Counted from the stretch's first letter, positions 1-11,052 are shown. The stretch is 64,000 bases of DNA from Candidatus Multivoradales bacterium (GCA_965248925.1 CBDFLE010000006.1:1024001-1088000); one strand, 5' to 3'. Numbers and translations are program-made. Notes: a model not told the origin generated them from the sequence alone.

Positions 1-1219
1 GAGGCGCGTAGACAGCGGCAGCACCGGCGACCTCTCGCAGCACCGGGATATCACTCACCACCAAGGCGACACCGACGCTCATCGCCTCGACAGCCGGCAA
101 GCCGAAACCTTCGTAGATCGACGGCATCACCACCAGTTCTGCGCCACGATAGAGGGCTGCCACCTGTCCGTCCGGGAGATAGCCAAGGTGCTGTAACCAC
201 CCCTCGTCCTCGGCGCGCTTGATCTGCTGCCGCAGCTGCTCTGTTTCCCAACCCCAGCCGCCACAGAGCAGCAAAGGCGGTGGATCGGCGCCACGAGCGC
301 GCAGCAGGCGCCACGCATCGAGCAGCGTCGGCAAGCCCTTGCGCGGCTCGACCGTGCCGACGTGCAACACATAACGAGGCGGGGTGCCGTCCGGGGGCTC
401 GGTCGGTGAGGTGCCGGCCACCGAGCCCGGCCCGAGATGCACCGCGTGGACTCGCTCAGCCGGCGCCAATTCGGCCTCGATCAGTTCACCGCGGACCGTC
501 TCACTGTCGGTCAGCAGCTCAACGGCGCGGTGCAGAGTTTGCGCCAAATGAGCCGCTAGATCGCGGCGGGTGATCTCACGCAGAGTCTCGGGGACCTTGC
601 GGAAACCGAGGTCATGGACAGTCGCCACCAAGCGGCCTGTGGCCAGACCAAAAGCGGCCGGTAAGAAGTAATTGGGTGCGAAGAGCACCGCATTCGCATC
701 GCTGGCGATCAGCTTCTGCTGCCGACGACGCAGCCAGCCGGCCACCTCCACATAAGAAATCGACAGCTCGGCCGAGACCGGATAGGTGACCACTTCGATG
801 GCGCTTCCCCGCGGGATCTCGACCACTGGTGGCGGCAGATCGGGAGTGTCTACCAAATTGGGCCCATAAAGCCGCAGATGCAGATCCGGCATCTCTGCAA
901 GGTGCTGCAACAAACGGTAGAGGTACCAGCCAATGCCAGTCAGGGGCTCCCAGAAGGGGCTGATGTCGACGGCGACGGTCAACCCCGGCTGCCGGCGGCG
1001 GCGGCGGCGGTCAGCGCGCAGCTGCTGCCACCAGCGCCAAGTGAAACGCAGTCGGCGCCCCCCTAAGGCACTGCGCAAACGCAGCCAGGCTTCACGGGCG
1101 CGCCAGTAATGGGTCAACAAACCCAGTCGATGGGCGATGCGCTTGAGCCGGTCGCGTATCGCCCGCGGACGCATTTGGGCGACCAGCAAGCGGAAGTAGT
1201 GGAGGATTCTTCTTGGCAT
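1..1219 (-). CDS. Glycosyltransferase family 4 (3' end runs off the window)
   Basis: Hand translation from ATG at 1219: MPRRILHYF...LTVAVDISPFWEPLTGIGWYLYRLL...VMPSIYEGFGLPAVEAMSVG, with the GT4 EGFGLP..EA motif in the same frame. Absent from the ORF track because no stop lies in the window. Confidence 0.85.
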   Translation of the reverse strand, partial: MPRRILHYFRLLVAQMRPRAIRDRLKRIAHRLGLLTHYWRAREAWLRLRSALGGRRLRFTWRWWQQLRADRRRRRRQPGLTVAVDISPFWEPLTGIGWYLYRLLQHLAEMPDLHLRLYGPNLVDTPDLPPPVVEIPRGSAIEVVTYPVSAELSISYVEVAGWLRRRQQKLIASDANAVLFAPNYFLPAAFGLATGRLVATVHDLGFRKVPETLREITRRDLAAHLAQTLHRAVELLTDSETVRGELIEAELAPAERVHAVHLGPGSVAGTSPTEPPDGTPPRYVLHVGTVEPRKGLPTLLDAWRLLRARGADPPPLLLCGGWGWETEQLRQQIKRAEDEGWLQHLGYLPDGQVAALYRGAELVVMPSIYEGFGLPAVEAMSVGVALVVSDIPVLREVAGAAAVYAP

Positions 1220-1438
1220 TGTCAGGTCCGCACTTAGCGTGGGCCGCGTTCGGCAAAGAGCTTAGCCTATGCACAAGGATCACCAACAGACTCGGCGGCC
1301 GCCCTCCAGCAAGCCACCCGTCCCTAGGCCCTGTTATGTTCTGCCATGCCTTCCTCTGGCTGGCGGCAACGGCTACAATCTGCTCCACCGGGGATCTAGC
1401 CTCTTGCTCTGCCGGTTCGCCTTCAAGCGGAAACTCCA

Positions 1439-2587
1439 TTGCCCTACACCATCGCCATCGATGCTCGCAAGATTCGCGATTTCGGCATCGGCACGTACAT
1501 CCGCAATCTGGTCAGTGGGATTGGCGAGATCGACCGCAAGAATAATTACTTGCTGCTCACCGGACCGGCGGGGCGGGAAGCGCTGGAGCACCTGCCGGAG
1601 AACTTTCGCCTGGTCAGCCAACAGGCACCAGTCTACTCAATCCGCGAGTTTTTGCAGGTGTCGTGGCAGCTGCTGCGGCTGCGGGTCGACCTGTACCACG
1701 CCACCCACTACGTCCTGCCGCTGATGGTGCCCTGCCCGGTGGTGGTGACGATTCACGACATCATCCACTTACTCTACCCTGAGTACCTGCCCAATCAGCT
1801 CGCGTTTCACTATGCCGAACGGATGATCCACCGCAGCTTGCAGCGCGGCAACCGAATCATCGCCGTGTCGGAGAATACTCGCAGCGACCTGATGCACTAT
1901 TTCAGCATCGGCGGCGAGAAGATCGAGGTGATCCACAACGGCATCGAGGAGTGTTTTCGCCGGCCGGTGGCGGCGGCGGAACTCACCAGCTGGATGGAAC
2001 GTCTCGGCCTCGAAAGACCGTACCTGCTTTTCGTCGGCAACCCCAAGCCGCATAAGAATCTCGACAACGTAATCAAGGCCTATGCCGCCGCGCTGCGCCG
2101 TCATGAGTTTCCCCATCCGCTGGTCTGCGTCGGCGGCCGCGGCAATACTGAGTTCAAGATCCGCCAACGCGCCGAGCAACTAGGCATTGGCAACCGGGTT
2201 CTGCTGCTCGGCCATGTCGACCAGCAAGCACTGCCGGCGATCTACCAGGGCGCGGCCCTGTTTCTCTACCCAACTCTCTACGAAGGCTTCGGTCTGCCGG
2301 TGGTCGAAGCGATGGCCTCCGGCGTACCGGTGATCACCTCCGACACCTCGTCGCTCAAAGAGATCGCCGCTGGCTATGCCGATCTGGTGAACCCCCTCGA
2401 CATCGATGGCATGGCCCAAGCCATCGTCCAAGCCGTTCGCGACCAGGATCATCGCACCACCCTGGCCAAGCTCGGCCGGCGGCGGGCGGAGGATTTTCGT
2501 TGGGATAAGGCCGCCCGCCAGACCCTGGAGGTCTATCGTGCCGCCCTCGGGCTTGAGCGCCGTGAGGGCGAGGTGGCGCCTTCGTGA
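1439..2587 (+). CDS. Glycosyltransferase family 4 (mannosyltransferase-like)
   Basis: IAIDAR..GIGTY N-terminus, VVTIHD, KPHKN and YEGFGLPVVEAMASG motifs. Confidence 0.92.
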   Translation: MPYTIAIDARKIRDFGIGTYIRNLVSGIGEIDRKNNYLLLTGPAGREALEHLPENFRLVSQQAPVYSIREFLQVSWQLLRLRVDLYHATHYVLPLMVPCPVVVTIHDIIHLLYPEYLPNQLAFHYAERMIHRSLQRGNRIIAVSENTRSDLMHYFSIGGEKIEVIHNGIEECFRRPVAAAELTSWMERLGLERPYLLFVGNPKPHKNLDNVIKAYAAALRRHEFPHPLVCVGGRGNTEFKIRQRAEQLGIGNRVLLLGHVDQQALPAIYQGAALFLYPTLYEGFGLPVVEAMASGVPVITSDTSSLKEIAAGYADLVNPLDIDGMAQAIVQAVRDQDHRTTLAKLGRRRAEDFRWDKAARQTLEVYRAALGLERREGEVAPS

Positions 2588-3744
2588 GTCCGCCAGCAGA
2601 GCTGCTCGGTCAACGACGGGTGGCCTTGGTCCACGACTGGCTCACCGGCATGCGGGGCGGTGAGCGGGTGCTCGAAGCGATCGCCTCACTGGTGCCAGAG
2701 GCGCCGATCTACACCTTGCTGCACCTCCCAGGCAGCGCCAGCGCTGCCCTCGAGGCACACCCGATCCACACCAGTTTCTTGCAACGGGCACCGGCAATCC
2801 GGCGTTTTTATCGGCACTATCTGCCCCTCTTTCCCAGCGCCATCGAAGATTTAGACCTCTCATGCTACAATCTCATAATCAGTAGTAGCCATTGTGTAGC
2901 GAAAGGCGTCAAGCCGGCTCCCGACGCGCTTCACATCTGCTATTGCCACACTCCGATGCGCTACGCCTGGGATCAAGAGCACGTCTATTTTCCGCGCCGC
3001 CGCGGGCCGCTGGCCAGGCTGCGCAATCTGGTGCTCACCGGCTTGCGGGCTTGGGATGTGGCGGCAGTACCGCGGGTCGATCATTTCTTGGCCAATTCGC
3101 ATTGGGTCGCCGGGCGCATCCGGCGCTACTACGGCCGCCATGCCGAGGTGTTGGCGCCGCCGGTCGATGTTGACTACTTCCAGCCCGCGGACTCGCTCGC
3201 TCGAGAAGGTGCGTCAGCACCCTACTGCTTGGCGGTGTCGGCACTGGCCCCCTACAAACGGGTCGAGGTAGCGATCGAGGCCTGCCACCGCGCCGGGATC
3301 ACGCTGAAAGTGGTGGGAGAAGGACCGGAGCGAGGCCGCCTCGAACGGCTTGCCGGCACCAAAACCCAGCTCCTTGGCCAAGTCTCAGGGCAGCGGCTGC
3401 GCAGCCTCTATCAGGGGGCGGTGGCCTTCGTCCAACCCGGCTTGGAAGACTTCGGTATCGCCACCGTCGAAGCGCTGGCTTGCGGCACACCGGTGGTCGC
3501 CTTGGGGCGCGGTGGGGTGCTCGACATCGTCACCAATGGCCAACACGGAGTACTCTACGAGCCCACCGAGGACGACCAGGAAGCTGCTGCTCTGGCCGAA
3601 GCGATTGACAAATCGCGTCAGATCAGGTTCAATCCCTTGGAACTGCACTCCCGAGCCCAAGATTTCTCCCCCGCGCGATTTTTGCAACAGCTGCGCGATT
3701 TCCTGAACCGGTGGGTCGCAGAGACGGAGCGAGGTTTGTCATGA
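2584..3744 (+). CDS. Glycosyltransferase family 4
   Basis: VALVHDWLTGMRGGERVL, CYCHTPMRYAW and EDFGIATVEALACG; GTGA overlap with the upstream gene. Confidence 0.92.
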   Translation: MSPPAELLGQRRVALVHDWLTGMRGGERVLEAIASLVPEAPIYTLLHLPGSASAALEAHPIHTSFLQRAPAIRRFYRHYLPLFPSAIEDLDLSCYNLIISSSHCVAKGVKPAPDALHICYCHTPMRYAWDQEHVYFPRRRGPLARLRNLVLTGLRAWDVAAVPRVDHFLANSHWVAGRIRRYYGRHAEVLAPPVDVDYFQPADSLAREGASAPYCLAVSALAPYKRVEVAIEACHRAGITLKVVGEGPERGRLERLAGTKTQLLGQVSGQRLRSLYQGAVAFVQPGLEDFGIATVEALACGTPVVALGRGGVLDIVTNGQHGVLYEPTEDDQEAAALAEAIDKSRQIRFNPLELHSRAQDFSPARFLQQLRDFLNRWVAETERGLS

Positions 3745-5150
3745 TCCGCATGCGTCGCCGCAGCACTGCCGCTCTTCACCTGGCGGGCGACTTGGTCACC
3801 ACCATCGCGGCGTTTTTCGCTGCCTGGTTTGTTCGTTTTCATCTCGAATTCCCCACCCTGACCAAGGGGGTGCCGGACTTCGGTCGCTATCTAACCCTGC
3901 TGCTGTCGCTGATCCTGATCCTCTGGCCGACAGTGTTCTATTTTCACGGCCTCTACCAGAGTCGGCGCAACCGCAGCCGGATCGACGAGGCCTTGACCCT
4001 GCTGCTGGCGGTAGTGGTCGGCACTGCTCTGCTCTCGGGCTTGTTGGCCTGGGTGCGACCGACCGACCTCACTTTCAGCCGTGGTTTCATGGCCCAGTTC
4101 GCCCTCTTCGATCTGATCTTCGTGCTCACCGGGCGCATGCTCCTGCGGATGGCTCTCGAGCGGCTGCGTCTGCGGGGCTACAACTTGCGGCGGATGCTGA
4201 TTGTCGGTGCAGGCAAGCTGGGCAAAGAGATCACTCACAAGCTGCTCGCCCACCGTGAGCTGGGTTTCGAGGTGGTTGGATTCCTCGACGACGATCCGGG
4301 GAAATCTGGCCGTGGCTTCTTCGGCATTCCGGTGCTCGGCGGCCTGGCGGACGTTGATCAAGTTGTCGGTGAGCACCACATCGATCACGTCTACATCGCC
4401 TTACCCCTCGAAGCTCACCGCAAGATGCTGAAGGTGATCGAGGACGTCGCCAAACATTGCGTCGAAGTCAAGCTAGTCCCCGATGTGTTGCAGTACGCCA
4501 CCCTGAAGGCCAGTCTCGAAGATCTCGACGGTACACCGGTGATCAACCTCTCGCAGGTGCCACTTCAGGGCTGGTACAGCCTGATGAAGCGAGCCATGGA
4601 CGTGGCCATCTCACTGACCGCGCTGGCTGTTCTGCTGCCCTTCCTGCCGCTGCTGGCGGCCTTGATTTGGTGGGAAGACAAGGGGCCCTTGTTCTACCGC
4701 CAGGAACGCATGGGGCTCGACGGCAAGTCCTTCTTGATCCTCAAATTCCGCTCGATGCGAATCAACGCCGAGTCGACCTCCGGGCCGGTCTGGGCAATCC
4801 GCGACGATCCGCGGCGCACCGGCATCGGCTCTTTCATGCGCCAGTGGTCGATCGACGAGCTACCGCAACTGTGGAACGTGCTCAGGGGCGATATGTCGAT
4901 CATCGGCCCACGCCCCGAGCGTCCCACGTTCGTCCACGAGTTCAAGCATAAGATCCCCGACTACATGCTGCGTCATCGGGTCAAGGCCGGCATCACCGGC
5001 TGGGCTCAGGTCCACGGTTGGCGCGGCAACACCTCGATCCGCAAGCGCATTCAATACGACCTCTATTACATCCAGAACTGGTCGATTCTGCTCGATTTCA
5101 AGATTCTCTGGATGACCTTCCGCAGCGGCCTGTGGCACAACGCTTATTGA
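3741..5150 (+). CDS. wcaJ: Undecaprenyl-phosphate sugar phosphotransferase (WcaJ-like priming glycosyltransferase)
   Basis: N-terminal TM helices, IVGAG segment, KFRSM, DDPR.T..G..MR.WSIDELPQLWNVLRGDMSIIGPRPE, GITGWAQV; ATGA overlap at 3741. Confidence 0.9.
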   Translation: MIRMRRRSTAALHLAGDLVTTIAAFFAAWFVRFHLEFPTLTKGVPDFGRYLTLLLSLILILWPTVFYFHGLYQSRRNRSRIDEALTLLLAVVVGTALLSGLLAWVRPTDLTFSRGFMAQFALFDLIFVLTGRMLLRMALERLRLRGYNLRRMLIVGAGKLGKEITHKLLAHRELGFEVVGFLDDDPGKSGRGFFGIPVLGGLADVDQVVGEHHIDHVYIALPLEAHRKMLKVIEDVAKHCVEVKLVPDVLQYATLKASLEDLDGTPVINLSQVPLQGWYSLMKRAMDVAISLTALAVLLPFLPLLAALIWWEDKGPLFYRQERMGLDGKSFLILKFRSMRINAESTSGPVWAIRDDPRRTGIGSFMRQWSIDELPQLWNVLRGDMSIIGPRPERPTFVHEFKHKIPDYMLRHRVKAGITGWAQVHGWRGNTSIRKRIQYDLYYIQNWSILLDFKILWMTFRSGLWHNAY

Positions 5151-5197
5151 ATCCAGGCCTATCGCAGCCGGCAATTGGTTCTTCTTTAGTTCTCCCT

Positions 5198-7321
5198 TCA
5201 AGGTCCTTTGCCAGCACCTGGCTGGGCCGGCGATTGAGTTCGGCTCAGAGCCAGAGCAATCGCTCGCAACGCCTCGCGCAGGGTCATTCGATCCTGCTCG
5301 CGGAGGCTCTCCCCGGCGAAGACCTCGCGCAGATACAACCCCACCAGCTGCCGTGCTGGCAGCGCGGCCTCGGCGTTTGCACTTGCAGCTAGACGTTGCA
5401 CCGCCAACGGCGGCAGCGAGTCAGGCACCTCGAGACCAGCGTGGCGCAAACGCCGCCGAAAGCTATCGTAGGCAAGCGCTGCCGAACGCGGTGGTAAGCG
5501 GCTCCGATAGGCGAACCCCAGAGCTGCCAGCAAACCGATCAAGGCCGCCACCCAGGGCCATTGCCGTCCCTCTCCCACCATTCCCGTGACACCATCCGAA
5601 GTGCCTTCACTGCTGACTGAGTCAGCCGGAGCCTCGGCCTGATCACCGGCCAACAACTGGCGCCACCAAGTCGCCAGGCTCTGACGAGCGCGCTGAAAGA
5701 AACCCAGTTGATCGTCAGCGCCGAAGGTCAGTACATAGCGATCCCAGCGGTAGACCAGAGCATCGTAAAGCTGGCTGACGAGCAACACCAGACTCTGCTC
5801 GGCGATCGGCGGTCTACCGTCAAAAGGGGTTGGGTCATAGATCTGCCAACTGCCGTCGACCAGGGCCTCCACCCAGGCATGAGCGCTCAGCTGGCGAACC
5901 AAGAAGTAACCCTCCACCGGGTTGTACTCGCCGCCCAGAAAACCCGTAACCAGCCGCGCAGGCACCCCCTGGCCACGCAACATCAGCACCATCGACGAAG
6001 CGAAATACTCGCAGTGACCGCTCTTGTACTCGAAGAGGAAATCTTCCAGTGGATTCTCGCCATCGCGACCTACGAAGTCGAGAGTGTAGGCATAGTTGGT
6101 CTGCAGGTGAATTTCGAGTCGCCTTGCGCGCTCGCCGGCCGGATCCTCTGCCGCGCCCATTATCTGTGTCGCCAACTCCTCCATCCGCAGCGTCAAACCG
6201 CCGCGGTCCAGAGCATTGAGCTGCTCGTCGTTGGCCACGAAGGTACCGGTCAGCACCGGTTCGGCGGCCAGCTCAACACGATAGGCCAGGGTCTCGCGAG
6301 AAGGCACCGGTACCAGCAGTGCGCCACCAGAATCGCGCTCGACACCGCGCAGCTGTCTGAGTTCCAAGCTCAGTGCCTCGACCGGCAGCAACAAACTGCG
6401 GGAACCGATCGGCTCGAGGAAGATATCCACCGATTGCTCCGTTTCTGGGCGGCTGGAACCTGCGGGCAGCAGATCGATGTCGCGACCCGGGAAGTTGAGC
6501 AGATTCTGCCGCCGCCGCGAACGAAACCACTGCTGGTCGCGGTAGAAGTCGTAGGTCGCTCCTTTGATGCGAATCTCCTCAGCCGGCGGCGCCACGCGCT
6601 GATATTCGATACGCATCGCAACGCTACGATTCTGCCGCACCGTGCTGGTCAGACTGAGGTTGACCGAGTCGCTGAAACCAGTACTGCGCATCATCGCGCT
6701 CGTAGCACCCCCCGCACCCATCACCAGCGGCTCGCGCAATCGCGGCATAAGCGGAAACAGGGGCACCGCCAACAACAAGATAGCCAACCCGCTGACCACC
6801 AACGGCCTACGCAGCGGCGGTCCGTCAGAATTCAGTCCTTGCTGACCGAGTACATGCAACTGAGCGAAGCGAGCCAGCAAGTGAAGAGCCACGCCGAGAA
6901 AGACCAGCAAATACAGTACTACCGCCAGGTGCGAGCTGGTCGCCATCACACCGATGAAGATGAAGAACACCGCCAACACTACATGCCACTTATCACCCTC
7001 CCGGCGGATCGAAAATAGCTTCACCACCAACAAAAACAAGATCAGATGCAGCAGCGCCTTGATGAACGAGTTGAAATCGCTGCGCACCGCCCGCAGAACC
7101 TCAAAGCCAAAAATCGGAAAATACAACAGGCCCAGCAGATTGAGCATCCACACCGGCAGAACCGTCGGAACTCGTCGGTCGACCCGGTGGAGAAAAAAGA
7201 CCACCAGTAACAAAAAAGCGATCAGAAAGCTCCATTCTAGGACTTCGTTCAGCGGCAGCGGCAACGGCGCCAACAAGGCCAACCAGCCGAGTAGCCGCTT
7301 CTTCTGCCGTTCGAAAGTCAT
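5198..7321 (-). CDS. Membrane transglutaminase-like protein (TgpA/DUF3488 type)
   Basis: Multi-TM N-terminus; GHCEYFAS, GVPARLVTGF, AHAWVE and YDPTP catalytic-triad motifs; third gene of a MoxR-DUF58-TGase operon. Confidence 0.9.
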   Translation of the reverse strand: MTFERQKKRLLGWLALLAPLPLPLNEVLEWSFLIAFLLLVVFFLHRVDRRVPTVLPVWMLNLLGLLYFPIFGFEVLRAVRSDFNSFIKALLHLILFLLVVKLFSIRREGDKWHVVLAVFFIFIGVMATSSHLAVVLYLLVFLGVALHLLARFAQLHVLGQQGLNSDGPPLRRPLVVSGLAILLLAVPLFPLMPRLREPLVMGAGGATSAMMRSTGFSDSVNLSLTSTVRQNRSVAMRIEYQRVAPPAEEIRIKGATYDFYRDQQWFRSRRRQNLLNFPGRDIDLLPAGSSRPETEQSVDIFLEPIGSRSLLLPVEALSLELRQLRGVERDSGGALLVPVPSRETLAYRVELAAEPVLTGTFVANDEQLNALDRGGLTLRMEELATQIMGAAEDPAGERARRLEIHLQTNYAYTLDFVGRDGENPLEDFLFEYKSGHCEYFASSMVLMLRGQGVPARLVTGFLGGEYNPVEGYFLVRQLSAHAWVEALVDGSWQIYDPTPFDGRPPIAEQSLVLLVSQLYDALVYRWDRYVLTFGADDQLGFFQRARQSLATWWRQLLAGDQAEAPADSVSSEGTSDGVTGMVGEGRQWPWVAALIGLLAALGFAYRSRLPPRSAALAYDSFRRRLRHAGLEVPDSLPPLAVQRLAASANAEAALPARQLVGLYLREVFAGESLREQDRMTLREALRAIALALSRTQSPAQPGAGKGP

Positions 7322-8397
7322 GCTGAATGCTCCACCGTTACTTCGAGCAAAGCGGATTCCATCGCCAAGCAGAGATGAGGGATCGCCGGATCGGCTGGCC
7401 GCAAGGGCTCGCCAACCCGCGCCATCGGCTCCACCAGAGCCAAAGCACCCAGAATCTTACGCCGCTGACGCCGTCCGGTAGCGAATGGGACCACCGTATC
7501 GCGAGTGCTCAAGCCCACCTCGAATCCTGCTCTTAGCGCGTCGAGAGAAGCCGTCGCGGCTTCCGAGACCAAGTGCTCGAACCGCCGGCGTGCGGCGTCC
7601 CCGAGTTCGCCCACCGCGTTATCGAAAAGCACTAGCAACCGCCGGCTTTCTTCAGTGTCGCGCACCTTGAAGATCATCCGGCCGCTCTTGGCAGTTTGCT
7701 TCCAGTGAATGTTGCGCGGATCATCGCCAGGAAGAAAGTCGCGCAGTGAGATTAGGTCCTGCCCCTGACCCTGTCGCCCAGTGGCCACCTGCCCGAGCCC
7801 CCCCGCGACTTGAGGACGAACCGCCGAACGCTCGAAAATCTCGGGATACACCAGCACTTCTCGATCGACGCGAAAAACCCGTCCCTTACGAAACATGCCC
7901 AGCGGAAACAGGCTGCGCACCCGCACCTGACCTAGCTGGTGACGGCCGCGTTGGCGGAGAAGAATCTCTTGCCGAACCTGCCCTTCGGCGCTGCGGTCTA
8001 AGTGCTCCAACAAGGTATCGGGTGTCGGCTGCGGCTGCCCCGGGTCGCCCTCTTCGTGCACCGCGACCCCAATGCTCAGCATCCGGCGAATCAACCAGCC
8101 GCTGCGCTCGAGCAGGGAGACTTCGACCGACGCCGGGCGCTGGGCAAAAATCTCGTCCGGTAGCCGCAGGTCGACTACCAACCACCGCAGATTGAGCACC
8201 GCCAGCAAATGACCGACCACCAGGGTGGCCAGCATCGTCACCAGCACCAGGTAGAGACCGTTATTGCCGGTGTTGGTGGCCGCCAACAGGACCACGAAAG
8301 TCAACACCAGCCACCACAAGCCAACCTTGGTGATCCGCATCCCTTCAGACGAAGGTGAGCGGCGTGTTCGCTGACGGCTGCTCGGTCGACTCTGCAC
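7318..8397 (-). CDS. DUF58 domain protein
   Basis: FPLG.F, LVYP and LRDFLPGDDPRNIHWKQTAK signature; lies between MoxR and the transglutaminase. The start could instead be ATG 8340. Confidence 0.88.
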   Translation of the reverse strand: MQSRPSSRQRTRRSPSSEGMRITKVGLWWLVLTFVVLLAATNTGNNGLYLVLVTMLATLVVGHLLAVLNLRWLVVDLRLPDEIFAQRPASVEVSLLERSGWLIRRMLSIGVAVHEEGDPGQPQPTPDTLLEHLDRSAEGQVRQEILLRQRGRHQLGQVRVRSLFPLGMFRKGRVFRVDREVLVYPEIFERSAVRPQVAGGLGQVATGRQGQGQDLISLRDFLPGDDPRNIHWKQTAKSGRMIFKVRDTEESRRLLVLFDNAVGELGDAARRRFEHLVSEAATASLDALRAGFEVGLSTRDTVVPFATGRRQRRKILGALALVEPMARVGEPLRPADPAIPHLCLAMESALLEVTVEHSA

Positions 8398-8405
8398 CGG
8401 CTCCC

Positions 8406-9374
8406 TTAAATCGGCACCGCAGTGGCCGAGAGTACTTTCGCCATCGCCGCCCGCCCCTCGTCGAGTCCGCCACCACCACGCTCGACCAAGACTCGGTGGC
8501 CCAACACCGGCAGGACCAACCGCTGCACATCGTCGGGAATTCCATAGTCACGCCCCTCGACCAGAGCCAACGCCTGGGTAGCGCGATACAAGCCTTGAGC
8601 ACCTCGGGTCGAAACCGGCAAGGCGAAGTCGCCGCTGGTTCGGGTCGCGGTGACCAGGGCCATGATGTAGTCGACCAGTTTATCGGCCATGTGAATCTGA
8701 CGAACCCGATCCTGCAATTCGACCAGCTCGGCACCACCCAGCACCGGCTGCGAGTTCTCCATCAGGCTCTCGACGCCGCCGGACATCAGCAGCTGCTTCT
8801 CATCCTCATGCGGCGGATAGCCCATCTCGAGGGCCATCAAGAATCGATCCATCTGCGATTCGGGCAGCGGGAAAGTACCGTGGTGCTCCAGCGGATTCTG
8901 GGTCGCCAAAACCAAGAACGGAGCCGGCAGAGTGTAGCGTTGTCGCTCCACCGAGACCTTACCCTCGCTCATCGCCTCGAGCAGCGCCGACTGCGTCTTC
9001 GGCGTCGCTCGGTTGATTTCGTCAGCCAGCACGATATTGGCGAACAGCGGTCCCGGCACGAACTCAAATTTATTTGCCGACCGCTGAAACACACTGACCC
9101 CGATAATGTCCGCAGGCAGCAGGTCACTGGTGAACTGAATACGTTGAAAAACAGCCCCGATCGACCGTGCCAAGGCCTGCGCCAAGGTGGTCTTGCCTAC
9201 CCCAGGAACATCCTCGATCAGCAGGTGCCCTTTAGCCAACAGGGTGACCACCGCCAAGCGAATAACGTCGGTCTTGCCGCGAACAACTCGGGCGACGGCG
9301 GCCTCCAACCGGGCGATTGTATCGCCGGCAACAAGCCGCTGAGAAACAGGTAAGGACTGCGAGGAGGTCATCAA
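8406..9374 (-). CDS. moxR: MoxR-family AAA+ ATPase
   Basis: HLLIEDVPGVGKT, RIQFTSDLLPAD, LADEINRATPKTQSALLEAM, ATQNP. Confidence 0.95.
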   Translation of the reverse strand: MMTSSQSLPVSQRLVAGDTIARLEAAVARVVRGKTDVIRLAVVTLLAKGHLLIEDVPGVGKTTLAQALARSIGAVFQRIQFTSDLLPADIIGVSVFQRSANKFEFVPGPLFANIVLADEINRATPKTQSALLEAMSEGKVSVERQRYTLPAPFLVLATQNPLEHHGTFPLPESQMDRFLMALEMGYPPHEDEKQLLMSGGVESLMENSQPVLGGAELVELQDRVRQIHMADKLVDYIMALVTATRTSGDFALPVSTRGAQGLYRATQALALVEGRDYGIPDDVQRLVLPVLGHRVLVERGGGGLDEGRAAMAKVLSATAVPI

Positions 9375-9490
9375 GAGATCCTACGGCCTTGGCCCAGTCA
9401 GGGTTGAGGCAAGTTGAGAGCAAAAAGGTCCCCCGCCGAAGGCGCCGGGGTGAGTTGTCGACCTTCAAACCATCACTAGTTGCCAGACAC

Positions 9491-10156
9491 TCAAGACCCG
9501 GCGGCGGCAAACTCCTGGTACTCGCCACGCTCGGCTTCGGGCACCACCAGCCGCAGATCGACACTGAATCCATCGCCGTCCTCGAACATCGTATTTTCGA
9601 GCACGAAGTCGGTCTGGACACTGCCGCTCTGCAGGCTCGTCAAATCCAAATAGTGGCGGTAAGTGGCCTTCTCTTTCTGAAACGGATCGATCTGCGAAAT
9701 CTCCACCGTCAGGCCCGGTAGCGGATGCGAACCATCGAAACCTACCAGCAGGTCAAAGAAAATATTCTTCGGCTGCGGCCCGACAGGTTCCGGCTCGAAT
9801 CCGCTGATCTCCATCCCCTCGTCTTCCTCGGCCTCGTCGGGTGCAGGCGTGGCTTCCGTCTCCATCTCGCCCGCGGCTTGTTCGCCCTCCATCATCGGCT
9901 CCGGCTCGGCAACCGACGGCTCCCGGATCAGGAAGCCATTGAGTACGACGGTGTAATCCTGCCGGCTCTGGGCGATCCGTTCTATCGGGTCGGACGGTGT
10001 GCAGCCAACAGTCACCATCAGCGCGACCAACAACCAGCCAGTAACCAGCATCCACAGAACTCTTCGACTCAAAGCAACCTCCTTGCGCGGCCCAAGGCCG
10101 GCTTGGTTCAGCCGAGGCTTCCCAGACGCTCGATCGGTAGCAAGCTCACCGAACAA
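9491..10156 (-). CDS. Hypothetical lipoprotein
   Basis: Hydrophobic stretch ending in lipobox-like VTVGC, followed by an acidic linker. The true start is probably downstream of the ORF start. Confidence 0.6.
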   Translation of the reverse strand: MFGELATDRASGKPRLNQAGLGPRKEVALSRRVLWMLVTGWLLVALMVTVGCTPSDPIERIAQSRQDYTVVLNGFLIREPSVAEPEPMMEGEQAAGEMETEATPAPDEAEEDEGMEISGFEPEPVGPQPKNIFFDLLVGFDGSHPLPGLTVEISQIDPFQKEKATYRHYLDLTSLQSGSVQTDFVLENTMFEDGDGFSVDLRLVVPEAERGEYQEFAAAGS

Positions 10157-10300
10157 CCCGCGACGCGAAGCCCCTGCTCAAGTGTCTGACCTGGACTCCA
10201 GAGTAGACCGAACCCACCACAAGCCACGGCCCTCCCCACTACGGGCTGGCGCCAACGCCGGCGCCTGAATTACCGGCGCCTGAATCCCTGAATTACCAGT

Positions 10301-11005
10301 CTACGATCCGAGATTATAGCGGAGGATCGCCCAGATAGCGGCAAAGCCGTCACGCCAGCCAATCTTCTTGCCCTCGGCATAGGTGCGGCCATTGTAAGAG
10401 ATCGGAACCTCGTAGATCCTTGCCTGGGTCTTGGCCAGCTTGGCGGTCAACTCCGGCTCGATACCGAAGCGATTCGAGCGCAACTCCAAGCCCTTCAGCA
10501 GGTCGGCGCGGAAGAGCTTGTAGCAGGTCTCCATGTCCGACAGATTGAGATCGGTGAACATATTCGACAAGGTGGTGAGAAAGCGGTTGCCCAGGAAATG
10601 CCAGAAGAACAGCACCCGATGGGGTCCACCCAGGAAGCGGGAACCATAGACCACGTCGGCATCACCGTCGAGAATCGGCTGCAGCAGCGCCGGATAGTCC
10701 TTGGGGGAATACTCCAGATCGGCATCTTGCACCAGCACCAGTTCGCCGGACGCAGCCTCGAAGCCAGTCCGCAACGCTGCACCTTTGCCCCGGTTCTCGA
10801 CATGCTCAAGGTAGCAAAACTCCGGCGTCTTGGCCGCGCAAAGCCGCCGCAGCAGGTCTCGCGTACCATCGGTCGAACCGTCGTCGACCACCACCAACTC
10901 GGTCTCGACCCCGGGCGGTAGAGGCGCCTCGACGACTCGCAGCAGCAGGTTCTCGACCGTGCCGACCTCGTTGTAGGCAGGAATGACAATCGTCAGTTTT
11001 ATCAT
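10301..11005 (-). CDS. Glycosyltransferase family 2 (DPM1-like)
   Basis: [44 protein letters not shown]. Confidence 0.93.
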   Translation of the reverse strand: MIKLTIVIPAYNEVGTVENLLLRVVEAPLPPGVETELVVVDDGSTDGTRDLLRRLCAAKTPEFCYLEHVENRGKGAALRTGFEAASGELVLVQDADLEYSPKDYPALLQPILDGDADVVYGSRFLGGPHRVLFFWHFLGNRFLTTLSNMFTDLNLSDMETCYKLFRADLLKGLELRSNRFGIEPELTAKLAKTQARIYEVPISYNGRTYAEGKKIGWRDGFAAIWAILRYNLGS

Positions 11006-11052
11006 CGCTTAGCAGCCATCTTCACGCAGGCGCAAGTTAGGCGTAAAATCTC

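Noticed and set aside
5708-7018. 436-aa plus-strand ORF, and similar long antisense ORFs such as 8355-9353, 33231-34472 and 48944-49789
   Set aside because: These are shadow frames opposite well-supported genes in high-GC DNA and carry no motifs.
10258-10299. Short tandem repeats CCGGCGCCTGAAT / CCTGAATTACC
   Set aside because: Only 2-3 partial units with no spacers; not a CRISPR array, likely slippage.
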